A DNA stretch of 56,422 nt, counting the filler, from Sphacelaria rigidula (taxonomy: Eukaryota), in NCBI GenBank assembly GCA_964200075.2. It is 4 parts of 4 records of this genome, joined end to end, with 100 filler letters (N's around TTAATTAATTAA, not from the genome) between each part and the next. Parts side by side here need not be neighbours in the genome. Positions count along the whole stretch, not along the records: positions 28,263 to 42,293 come from CAXNAA020002498.1; positions 42,394 to 56,422 come from CAXNAA020002499.1; 2 more parts are not named here. One strand, written 5' to 3'. A program made the position numbers and the translations under genes. The notes beneath the pieces were generated by a model that worked only from the letters and a program-made list of their open reading frames with translations, made no database searches and was not told the DNA's origin. Shown here one piece after another: positions 34,701 to 46,587 of the stretch (the stretch's first letter is position 1; every line of letters starts with the position of its first letter).

Positions 34701-37700
34701 GACGAAAAATCCGTGCTGGTAGTTCGTCGTTGTTTCGGCCAGAGTCGGAACGCCTCCGTGTTACGCCAACATCTCCACTTTCTGTGTACGGCGCGTCTCA
34801 TGTAATGGCATGTGCGATCTCCTTACAGTTTGTTGGCTGGTCATCAGAAATATGGAAAACACGCGATAGCGTCTGTCCCGCGTGGTCTGTGCAACAAAGC
34901 GGTATGCTTACCCTACACGTGCATCCAAACGTCGGTACAAATACACGATGGCACGAGTTTCGCTGGAGAATAACGATAAACATTCCGGTACTACCAGTGG
35001 TGTGTTTCGGACTCTCGACGTTACAAATTACACCCCCTAGCGGTATTCAGGATCACCCACGTCTGCTGACCGTATGGGCTACCAAGGCACAAGGCAATAG
35101 AAGATGCACCACCACAACGAAGTAACCGTATGGAACTGCGATGGACTTGGAGAAACCTATCGATTGGCTTACAATCTTGCCCGAGTCAGACGGGAATGTC
35201 TTGGTTTGCATATAGAGTATGATAATGATCTCGTTTCTCTGAATGCGTGTGGTGTTTTTTCTTGGATCATGGCCTATTTGGAAAAGTTCAGAGGAAGCTA
35301 ACTCTGTAGTTCGATTTTTTGGAGGATTTTCGGTCTCCCCGAACACTGTCACATATGTATGCACGTTAGGAGTATGGCGAATACTTGGGCGAGTAGACAC
35401 TGCGTGCGTGTTGGTAGGAGTACGACCGAATATCTTCCGCATCACGACCACTTCCATCACCAATGCTAAACCTGCAGTTCAATTTAACGATGTTGCCAGA
35501 TGAAAACAACCTAAGTTGACAATGGTGCCACTTTGGAGTGTTGTGTCTTCAGTATCTCAATTTGATGTGTGATGACCGAATACGCAATTTGTGCGCCTGG
35601 TTGAACACCCCCACCATACTGTGAAAAACGTACAGGCGGTTCTAGGACAACCCGTGGATGAGATCGAAACGCTGGACGAAGTCATCTCCGACTTGACACT
35701 CAAGGTGAATTTCGGGATACAGTCAGCCAAATTTTGCGTGCGTCGAGTGACGGGGTGGTAGTCAAAGGCATGTAGCATGACGGCACACAGTATGCTTGGA
35801 ACTAGTAACGCTACTACTGTACTGTACCTCACTGAACCAGCCTGTTGAAGCAATCCAGTGGTGGGAACTGTGTGTTGAACCTCCACGTGAATCCTCGAAG
35901 ATGGTTGCTTGGATGCAGGTAGGCGAGACATATTGTCTGTGGAGCCGGACAGCCAAATCTTCCCGTTACCTGCTGGCAGCTTTTCCATTTGACTCCCAGA
36001 CAGCAATTAATATTTTTATATATGTCGGCTAAGTATCAATGATGACATGCAGCACTCAGCTAAGGGGTCATGGTTCCAGGCATTAAACCGTGGGGAGCTG
36101 GAGTAGCTCGCCCTTCTTCGCTCTGCTTTGCTCTTACTGAATATCCCAGAGACGCAACGATCACTGCAGAGCATGCCTTTTGGTGCAGATGTTATTGCTT
36201 TGAGTTTGGAGGTATATTTTACTGTCCCCCCCCTTCACATTTTCTGTCTCCAAATTGTTTATCCCTTAGGAAAAATCAAACGACAGACTGGTACCTCACA
36301 TTCGTGGGTTGGGATCAAGGATACCTGGGTTTGGACATTATCGGTATACGGCATGCTACCCGTTTTTGTTTTTCACATCTCCTCCATCGCCTATCTACGT
36401 GTGAGGACATGGCAGACGCGAGATCCTTGCCGAGATGATCGACGTTGTCGCATCCCAGCGGCAAAGAGTGCAGCCAATGAATGCATCGCAACTGTATTTG
36501 CCTTCCCCAGCTAAGCTATTCCTTGATATCTGATATCGATCTGCGACTAGCGTTAGTGTTTAGGTTTTGCACATATGGAGATTTGTTTGACGCTCATGTA
36601 TTCGAGCGTGGGGGAGGATTGTGCTCTGCCATGACAACGTAATATTTCCTCTTTAAACGCGCCAGTGCGAGGTCGTGAAGACAGCGGGATATTATCTTCA
36701 GTCGTTTTAAAGCGAAATGACTCTTTTACGGTGATATATAACAGTGGATTCATGTGGATGCCGACAAAGCGGAGCAAATATCAATTCACTCATCATGGGT
36801 CGGTCCGAAGATTGATAATCATTGTATTCTTAATGAGCGCGAAGGTTAAACACAAGGGTGACAGGAAAAACACCTTCTAATTCTGTTTATTTCCTGTGAT
36901 CTCAGATGGAAACCAGATGGCCTTACTTTTATTTCTTCGGAAAGTATAATAGTTCGAAGTAGTGAGTTGAACCTATGAGCTGGACCCTACACAGAACAAT
37001 CACTATGCATTTATTGAGGCTTGAGACCAAAACGAGCAATAGTACAAGGGGATACGAGGGAATGTCGTACGATGCAGAAGTACTCCGTGGCACGGCCTCG
37101 TGACCCCCGTTCCTCTCTTCCGGTTTTGTCATGAGCCCACACGAATAAGTTTATCAAGAAGAATATTGTTGATAAGACTTTAAAGCAATGCCATATTGAG
37201 GAGGATGTAGTGATACATCTTACGCAGTCCCCCGTTCCCGTCCCTCGGCTATATGATAACAAATGACCCAAACATGAAGAGAAGATTGTTGAGATGAAAG
37301 AGACGGACGGGAGTGACATGCAAAATAAGCCTTCTATCGGTATCGCCCCTGTGATATAATCATCAATATCCTACTATCGTTCTGTGTTGCTGCAGAAAAA
37401 AATGTGGACGGGCGTCAAAGCGTGGAAGGAGCTCACTGAAACATGGCTGCAGACGCCCTTCACGGAGATAGACGCTGCCATACTGGAGAAGAACGTGACC
37501 ATGTACCAGAGGCTGTGCCACCAGGCCGTCAAAGGGCTGCCTTCCAATCCTGTTGCCAAGAGACTCAAGGCACGACGCAAATTCACCAGTTCTATGCGAT
37601 TCCATCGTGCCGCGAACCCAAGAGTAATCGATGGTCGCGCAAGCATGGTTGAGATGAAAGTTCATTGATTATCCATTCACGTTTGGGATGATGAGCTAGT

Positions 37701-40700
37701 TTGACCCTAGACCCGATGTGGAAGGCGTAACCCTGCTGCTGCTTGTGCGTGAATGAACCGCGGTTACTCTCACGCGAGAGGTCATGAGGTTTGGCAAAAA
37801 TTCTTCGCCAAAGAGCTCTTTGCTCTTTCCATGAGTAGAACTGTATTTTCGTGGGAGGGCGTCGATAGCTCCCCTTCTTTCCGTAATTCTCCTCCTCCCC
37901 ACCCTGCGACCAGTATACGGCTTTGATGGCAATCACATGGGAGACTAATGTCGGCGTGGCACAGCCAAGGCGCTTGAGTTATTCTCCGCAGATGAACAGA
38001 CACAGAGGAGTTGTCGAAGCGAGGCATTTTGTGTTGTCTGACGTTTCACCCTGCGAGTGCAGGGACCGCAATGAACGGGGCGTTCTGTTGCAATGACCGC
38101 ACCAGTGCCGTAAACCACGCGAGGGGGAAATGCATTGTTGTATAAAAGCACGGATCTCGCTCTATCGTGTTCGGTGAAATGTTGTCGCCATGAACCTTAG
38201 GCTCGTGTGCCGGCCATGCGGTGGTGACGAGCGTATAGCTTTGCGTTGGCGACGGCAACTCAGCCAAGAATTCAGCCCTTTACCACGGGTAAATGTACTA
38301 TCTTCTTCCTCGGCTCAAGCGTCACGTGATCACTGAAAGCTGGTTTCAGAATAGTACACACGGCCGGTCGCCCCGGTGGCTCAGTTGGTAACCTGGAAAC
38401 CTTCTGACAGTTGGGTCGTGGGTTCGAATCTCAGAGCGATCTGGGATTCATTCTCACACAATGCTCAACAATGGAGAGCGACTATGTCGTGGGACTGTGG
38501 AACCCCTCTCGCGATAAAAAAATGAAGGCAAGCACCGCAGGAAGGCAAAGAAGTAAAAACAAACAAAAAACAAAAAACACTCCGGTGCTGGCCTTCCTCT
38601 TGTGCGACCTCGGCTCGTGCGCCCACATATACCGAAAGGTGTAGACCGGCGTCCAGAATAGATGGGACGATAACACACACGCTTATTGAGTACGGATGGA
38701 CTCCGCACACGGCAGCAGGAACTCTTGGGTGTCTGGAATCGCCATCCCTTTCCCTCCCATCACCAATCTCCCTTCGTACAACCACACACGTTCTGCAATT
38801 TTATCGTCCGATCTTTGTGCGTTGCTTCAGGAGGATGTAGACACTTTTAGCCCGGTGCTTCCCGTGGTTGTAAATCTGCGCAACAAAGGTCTCCAGGAGA
38901 GACATTGGGACCAGATACAGTCGCTCATCGGCTTCGAGATCAAGGGCAGACCGGAGATCACTCTGGGTGAACTAATCGACAAAAAGGTGCGTGCCTCGTG
39001 AAGATTCATGAGAGGCGTTGTGGAAAAAAACGACGATTTTGATGCTCAAGAAATTCGCCAGTATTTATTTCCTCGAACACATACATATGTATACATACAT
39101 ACATACATTTATATATGTATATACATATATTCCTTTCTCGCGACGCAGGATAAATGTTTCGTCTTACATGCTCCCACAATGTTCTGTCCAACATGTTTCT
39201 GCAATGTCGCGGTGATCCTAGGTAAAGGAGATACGTCCACATTCAATGGAGTATATACTGATATACATATGTGTGAATTTCGGTTCAGGACGCCCATGAT
39301 ATGGTCCAGAAAAACTGGTTGGCGTTATGTATAGTGGCAGATGTTTACATATATATCGTCGACTGCAGCGTGCTGTGCCGTAGACCGCGTCATCACTTGT
39401 TTTTGTCGTTGTCGTTGTCGTTGTTGTTGTTGTTGCTGTTGTCTTCACATTAAAAACCGTTCCGATATCTGCAAAGTACTCTGTACTGAGTATCTGATGC
39501 GGCCGCCTTCCATGGTCACAGGCTAACTACCCCTAGAAAGGGTAAAATGAATAAAATAAAAAATCGGACTCAGAAAATTGACACTGACGCTATACAAAAA
39601 AACTCGAATTAAAAAAAAAATAATGATGAAAAAGAAGAAAAATAAGGAAAAAAAAAACCCAGCTAGCCTCTTATGTTCCCATGCCGTATGAGACCATTCG
39701 GGCTACTGGAGGTAGGGCCTATTGGTCCACTTACCACGCGAAGCCAAACAGGAAGGGAGCCAAACCCAGGGACCAATATCACCAATCATAGCGATATGAA
39801 TCGCAGGGTTCTACCCTTGTACCTCTAGATGGATAGCCATATGTATGAATATACTAGGTATAACAGGAAAAGCGCCACATAACAACACACCACCTCGGGG
39901 GAGGGGTGCATTAGTAGGGAAAGAAAAAGAGGACAAGGGGAGATGATGGGGAGTCCTGCCACTTCCGCCATGTTCAGTTCGGTACAAGCTGGCTACACAT
40001 TCTTCTTTCATCTCCTCCCTGCTCTCCTCAAAGCTCCCGTTTAATCGCACGTATTCGGGTGGCCTCCTTCTCGTTACCGCACTGTAGAATACGATACGTA
40101 CTCCAAGATGCAAATTTGACGTGTGCTCGTGGTGGAGATTGCCCTATTATGACGAAATACCTTCATGCATGAAAACAGCCAAGACCAGAGTTTTCCGGAA
40201 TACAGGCAAGGTAAACAAAAATGTACCTTGAACTGGGATACAAAGTCGCTATTATCGAAGAGAAAACCTAATCATCTTTTTGATGAACGAATGCTTCTAA
40301 AATATTTTCGTCAATTCACTGGATAAGGGGCGTCCGTTTTTTTGTTTTAGTGGATGCAGAGTAGAACTGCCGGTCGCCCCGGTGGCTCAGTTGGTAACTT
40401 CGTAAACTTCTGATGGTTGAGTAGGGGGGTTCGAATCCCGGAGCGATCTGGAATCTTTTCACGCACCATGCCCAACAGTGGAGAGCGACTGTGTCGTGGG
40501 TACACAAAATTCGACTTAACGGTCACTGAGGGAAAGGGACTGCTGAACCCATCTCGCGATTGAAAAAAAGAAAAAGGCAAGCACCGCAGAAGGAAGGTGG
40601 GGTATTAAAAAGAAATAAAAAAGAAAAAGCTCCTGTGATGACCTTCCTCCTGTGTGACCCCGGCTGATGCACCCACATATACCGAAAGGTGTAGACTGGT

Positions 40701-41165
40701 GCCCAGAATAAATGGGACGACAACACACAAATACACACAGAGTATCTTCAACCACGGAATAACCTCAGCGAGCAGCGCAGGGTAGCTGCCCTGCGTGCCA
40801 CTAACGCGGCAGGTGCGTCGTAAGCATCTTGTGCTCGAGAATGACGATCGATGGGCTAGGGTTATCTTGTGTTTGTGTGCTTCTACCTTTCTATGAAGGT
40901 ATGATCCAAAATACAGCAAGCTGGGTGAGACACGGTCTCGGAAGTTGGCAACCTGATCTTCGTTTGTGCACTACTACTGTTGTCTGACGATTCCATATCG
41001 TATTTGCTCGGTTGCTACGCCCTGGCTTACTGCACTACATGCAATGTAAAGGTGACGAATTTCCACGAGGAAATCACGGGTGTGGCCACATCGGCTGTCC
41101 AGGAAGGAGTCCTCGAAGAAATGATGGAAAAGGTGGCGGCTTTGTGGCAGAAGACGGAATTCGAG
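29254..41165 (+). CDS. Axonemal dynein heavy chain (inner-arm, DNAH6-like), internal fragment of 369 aa (tail into DHC_N2 linker). Exons 29254-29334, 30695-30856, 32405-32530, 33613-33672, 34254-34418, 35636-35704, 37396-37569, 38831-38986, 41052-41165
   Basis: Nine exons splice into one frame, including LTLK|KKMWTGVKAWKELTETWLQTPF, LPSNPVAKRLK|EDVDTFSPVLPVVVNLRNKGLQERHWDQI and ITGVATSAVQEGVLEEMMEKVAALWQKTEFE, which are typical DHC_N2 motifs (LRN..L..RHW). The subfamily assignment is an inference. Confidence 0.9.
30376..30594. mobile_element. Tc1/mariner-type MITE with TA flanks
   Basis: Inverted arms GGTATCTCAAACT(G/C)GGCTCCCGGTATCCTGGTTT at 30384 and ending at 30589; TA on both sides. Confidence 0.8.
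33383..33560 (-). mobile_element. (CAAT)n-tailed retroelement 3' end
   Basis: GATTGATTGTCGCACTTTAACTGAC is the inverse of 26910-26935. Confidence 0.65.
38364..38680 (+). mobile_element. tRNA-derived SINE
   Basis: Head CCGGTCGCCCCGGTGGCTCAGTTGG (A box) ... GGTTCGAATC (B box), shared body and (AC)n tail; ACACACG occurs on both sides. Confidence 0.88.
40370..40738 (+). mobile_element. tRNA-derived SINE
   Basis: Same A and B boxes, body and tail as 38364-38680; CAGAGTA occurs on both sides. Confidence 0.88.
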
Positions 41166-42293
41166 GTAAGCCGAGAAGCGATGGAAAGCTTGCTGTGCTT
41201 GTACATACCAAATTATTCTCGCCATGTATTTTGCTGTACAACAAAACAACATCATAGTTTAGGGTGGCGGTGGTACGAGGACCGGCGGCGTGTCTCGACT
41301 CCACTTCTTGCGCGGAGGAATCACTTCTGAGGCTTCGCTGTCGGCAAAAATTATTTCGGCACTTTTTCCTTGCTGTATGGTCTCGCCTTCGCTTACGAAG
41401 AAGATGCATATTTACGAGTGCGGAGGCTTGCACCACACCCATGAGCCTCCCGTGTTTTGCGAGTTTGTTCGTCTCACCCTTGTAAAGCGATCACTCAACA
41501 AGCCTCGAAGCAGCGGGGAACACCGGAGAACGGCGAGATTTGAGGCATACGAAAAAAGTGAGGACGTCACGCACTCTTGCGAGCAAGCGTCCTTCTCCTT
41601 GGTTTTTCCTGCTGTGGCTTCTCTCACGAGATGGGCAACGACCCAGCGCGGGAAGCTTCGCAGTATCTTGATTCCTAACGCAAATACCCGGTCATTATCC
41701 ATTTGTGTGATTGGTATTCAGGGACGCTATTCATGGCCTGAGAAAATATTACGCTTTCTGCGGCTAACGAACCATCTTTACGAACAAGGGTGCATGTGCA
41801 GGGGGTTTAGAATGATGTAGAACTTGCATTGTCCATCAGTATTTGAAGTAAATGACATTGTATTTCAAGGGGAACAGCGTCACCGTAATGCAATGCGCGC
41901 TGCCACTGTACTCTTTCTTTTCCAATCCTCAGTTTCGTCCAGATAATCAGGCCGGTAACTATCCGGTGATACTTTCAATCCTCTATTGATACCAAACACC
42001 CTTGTACACAATCGGTACAGCAGCGATTACTCAAACGCAACGTCCGTGTAGTGCAGCCCTGAAACCGAACGGCTGATTACATATAACCGTGAACGGAGGA
42101 CTACTCTAATATCTCGGTAAAACGGGCGACCAACCGAATTTCCCCGCCAAACGAGCGACCAATCGAATCCACCCCTTGCCACTGCCACGGACGCCTAAAA
42201 ATGCGGTGCAATCGTTCACGGTTAGGACAAATAATGATTCGCCAGGAAATTACTTGGTTTTGGTATGATAAGTTGACTCGTGATGAATGAATC

Positions 42294-42393
42294 NNNNNNN
42301 NNNNNNNNNNNNNNNNNNNNNNNNNNNNNNNNNNNNNTTAATTAATTAANNNNNNNNNNNNNNNNNNNNNNNNNNNNNNNNNNNNNNNNNNNN
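42294..42393. other. Artificial contig linker
   Basis: N44-TTAATTAATTAA-N44. Confidence 0.98.
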
Positions 42394-42800
42394 ACCACCG
42401 AATTCCTCGAATGGGGTGCTGTACGGTAGGTAGCTGCATGCACAGGACGTGTGCTCATGCAAAAAAAAAAGCTGCCTGTTAGGAACTCTAGAGCATTCAC
42501 TCTGAAGCCGATATTACGCTCTGAATCTCAAGAATATGTTATTTATTTGCTGATGATGACACAATTTTGGGTGATAGCGTGAACCCAGCCAGCATGAGGA
42601 CGAAGAGAGATCGAAATTGTACATGATACGCGGAACCTAGTACCCGTCAGGGGGTTACGCTCCGGGCACGTTTGGCGGGAAATTGGTTCAACGTCATTTA
42701 CAATTTCGACCTCAGTTCGTTCCCACAGAAAATATGCAGTTCCCATTTTTCAGTATCGCCTGACAATAATTGCCGGTCACATCCCTGTTTTTATTCGTGA

Positions 42801-43623
42801 GGCCACTTCTTATAGACTTGAAAAAGTCTCTGAGAAAAGTCATTTTGGTCAGTCTCCAGAGACTTTTTCCAGAACGCGATCTTATAGGGCCATTTTTCAT
42901 CAAAAAAGCCTCTGGAAATTGGCCACAAATCGCAGACAGCGGGATTTTGCGAAATCTCTCTGCGAATCGATGGCGATTCGCAGAGACTTTTCTCAGTCTG
43001 CGAATTGTCGTTCCATCACATTCCTCGCACACCGCACCCACAATGGTATAGTCAGTGCTCCATCACACACTCCTCGCATACAAGCGTAGTACAGTCAGAG
43101 CAAAAGTAGTTGCCTATGTTGTATGTACAGTGCAGTGCCAACATCATAACTGCTGCAGCACACCGTGCATCCTTTTCATGACCGTAGAACCAGGGACAGA
43201 GAGTACAGACAGTCAGTAACACGGGATCTTCAAATTGGGGATGGATCTTCTATTGGGGATGAGAAACCCGGAGAATAAAAATCTTCGTATCCACACCAAA
43301 TCTTCGAAATACGATTCCATTTCTTCACCTACTACTGATAGCTGTTGACAACTGCTACACGCCATAGAAATTTGGATTTTGATCACCGAAATGTTGGGGC
43401 CCTAAGTGAAAAACCAATTTCGGAACCATTTTGGCGTCCGCTTGGACACCCGAAATTCCCGAAAATTGGTTTTTCACCTAGGACCCCAGCATTTCGGTGG
43501 TCAAAATCCAAATTTCTATGGCGTGTAGCAGTTGTCAATAGCCATCAGTAGGCGAAGAAATGGAACCATATTTCGAAGATTTGGTGTGGATACGAAGATT
43601 TTTCAAGTCTATAAGAAGCGGCC
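42801..43623. mobile_element. PIF/Harbinger-type non-autonomous element containing a truncated foldback MITE
   Basis: 25-bp TIR GGCC(A/G)CTTCTTATAGACTTGAAAAA at both ends; 3-bp TSD TGA at 42798-42800 and 43624-43626. Confidence 0.88.
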
Positions 43624-44264
43624 TGACGACGCGCCGGCGTAACGACGCGGCTTCGACGAATGTGAAAGATCGGAGCGTAGCGGGATCTGCGGTTTGTGGA
43701 ACGGGTACGAATGTGAACAATCTCGATCTAGGCTAATGTGAGGGCAATTAATCGTGGAAGGGTTGATGCAAGCAAATAAGTCAGTCACGGAAATTGAGAT
43801 ACAAGCTTGGGGCAACGGGGGAAGATGGTGCGGCAGCTTCGTTTGAACTATTTTTGTCTTTTTCCCACCCACCCACCCCAGGTATGTTCAGGCGTATGAG
43901 TATGTTTATGCTTGAGCTTGGTTGAGGGATGTTTGGATCACAGTGTGTATTCACGATCGGGGTAAACAATACATGAATACCGTAGTCGGACCGGGAGGGA
44001 CAGGCTTCGGGCATTGCTTATGGCACGATTTCAGAGGAGATGAGAAGAGGCGCGTAGCAGGGATTGGGATAGCAGAGATGCAACATGCACAAATGTGCAT
44101 GTTACGGTCTGGCTTGGTCCTGCGTTGCGTCACATTCGATATTCATATTAAAAACAAATACTCCACATTCATGAGAGGAGCAAAATAGCTTATATCCTGC
44201 GTGAACGGATGGATGATCCCGTCTTCATCTAATAATGTTCTTCCATTCATTGCTAATGACCCTG

Positions 44265-45040
44265 TTTTTTCGGATATCCGAATTTTTCGGACGCTACGGA
44301 CAACTCGGGGTTCGGACATATCTGAAAATGAAGCCGCTTGATTTTCATGCTTCATGCTTCACGTGTAGAGAACTTGACCAGTTAGGACTGCAACGAAGCA
44401 CTTCGGAGAGCTGCCCTCTGTGCGCGCCATGGCCCTCGCGAGCGTTAGGTGATCATCAGCAGCCTTACCAGTGACACCCTGGACCATGTCGGAGCGTAAA
44501 AGGCGCTGCGGGTTGGCGGGAGTGGCGTCCTCAGGCCGGCGAGATGCAGCCAACAACGGCAACGAGCTCGATGTGAACGCCACCCTCGGGGCCATTTCGA
44601 GATCTCCGGAATTTCCAGACGTCTCCGAAAAATATTTATGACTCGCACCCAGCCGCGCTATTACTACAACCCTCCCGTAGAAGATGCTGCGTGGGTACAC
44701 TGTTGTGGGGAGAAGGGTGTAAAATTTACCTGTAGTTGATATATCATCGTCGTATGTCCATGCTCAACAGGATAGATCGTAGGAAGTACTTCGTTCATCA
44801 CTCGAATATATTAACTATATATAATATGTTCTTCAATCGGAGGAATGTAGGCAGCTGCCAGTTGCCAGTGCGGAGCATACCAGCTAGAAGAGAAGATGTG
44901 CTCCGTTTGAATTTTTCAAACGGATCAGATTTCGGATTTCCGGCAACCTTATCCGGATCAATCCGCGGAGTGAAAAAAGTGGCGCATATCCGAATATCCG
45001 AATACATGAATATCGGGATGTCCGATTTGAAGACGGATTT
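44265..45040. repeat. ATCCG/CGGAT motif clusters resembling DNA-transposon subterminal repeats
   Basis: Dense CGGAT/ATCCG motifs at 44270-44320 and 44920-45040; no TIR pair identified. Confidence 0.35.
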
Positions 45041-46227
45041 CGAGGTGAACGAGCGATGAATACTTCTCAACTCTCCCCACATGCACGTTGCGTATATCTG
45101 AAAGGGGTAGTGGAGCCCTGGATCACGTATCACGAGTCAGATCCACAATTTAAATGAAGATTGAAGTGAAGAGGATTGTCCTGTTTATCCCCGCATTGTG
45201 CCAGCGATGTGCAAGAATGATGAGGCCTTTTCTATGGCAAACCGGAAAAACAAAGTCCGACCACGGCATTCAACTCTCGAAAAACCGGTACACACCACAG
45301 CACGTGTGTCAGCTGGAAATCTGGCACTTCAATGCAAATATGGAAATAACCAACGTTTCCGATCGTTTTTCTTATTTCGTGGAAAGTGAAAATCTCCGCT
45401 AGGCAGTGCCGTACACAGTCATGTGGAAAGATCAAAAGATCCAGAGGATTTGTGCTGTTGCGCACTACTGTCTGTCTGTATGATGCTGGATACCTTCCTC
45501 TTCCGCGCTCCTTTCCGTGTCGTACACACACATTGTACTGAATAGGTAGATAGCTCCTGCGAATACATACCTAGTCTGAAAGATACAGCGTTGCACTTCC
45601 ACTGTACCGCCGAATTAGCTATTCGGAACAACAGCAAAGTACAACACAAGAAAGTGTAAGCACGGTAAAATATCCTTGTGGTCCTCTTACACATGTACAG
45701 TAGTACTCTAAGTCCGAGCAAACGTTATCTCCGTACAACAACATAACTTCTACGAGTATATTACACATGTATAGTATGTACTATATAAAAATAGTGCTAA
45801 ATTTATAAGTATTCAAATCTCCATCACGCCACCCCCGAAATACAGCAGTCATGAACAACTTTCAAGTTTCATCGGTGTATTCTCGACATGCCGATCCTTC
45901 TCGTGGTCGGCGTGCTGTGCGTAGCGTGTATACATATGTGTGTGCATGGGGCATGCATGTGTTGTAGATGGTTGGATCAACATGGTGTAGCGCGTGCATG
46001 CGCCTAGAGCGCAACGCTGTTGCCGAAATCTTGGAAACCTCGAAGGCCCACCGCCGTTCGGAAACGACCAGCGAATGAAACACAACCGTGCTAACAACGG
46101 TACAGTATCTATGCGGTACTGATGCTACAGCAGGGGGGAGCAGGCCATTTCTACTGCTGCGTCCGTTGTGTTGTTTTGGTAATTCCGGTCCAGGCCAGAG
46201 TTTATTACGGCTCATTCAGGCCAAAAG

Positions 46228-46587
46228 CCGGTTGCCCTGGTGGCTCCGTTGGTATCCCCGAAATATTGTGACGGTTGGGACGTGGGTTCGAATCTCGGCG
46301 AAGTCACATCATGCCCAGCAGTGGAGAGGGAGTACAGTTTGTCGTGGGTAGACAAAGATCGACATAAGGGTCACCGAGAGAACGGGATCGCTGGACCCTT
46401 CTCGCGATAAAAAATGAGGAGAGTATCGCAGGGGGAAGGTAGAGCGGTAAAAGAAGAAAAGTAAAAAAAAACTCCCGTGTTGAACTTCCTCCTTTTTGAC
46501 CCCGGCTGATATGCTCACATACAACACCTCGCATACACCGAAATGATTAGGCTGGCGTCCAGAATAGAAGGGATGCCAACACACACA
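46228..46587 (+). mobile_element. tRNA-derived SINE, diverged copy
   Basis: CCGGTTGCCCTGGTGGCTCCGTTGG...GGTTCGAATC, shared body, 3' hairpin and AACACACAC tail. Confidence 0.85.

Noticed and set aside
38370-38440. tRNA gene
   Set aside because: It has no complete cloverleaf or acceptor stem, and it is followed by the same non-tRNA body as the other full-length copies, so it is a SINE head.
40655-40700. Hammerhead ribozyme-like CTGATG...GAAA in the SINE tail
   Set aside because: The core reads CTGATGC, not CTGANGA; there is no stem II, and the GAAA is a tetraloop closing its own stem.
7287-41165. Functional gene cluster (SPRING-like, phosphatase, dynein)
   Set aside because: The genes sit on different artificially joined segments and have unrelated functions.
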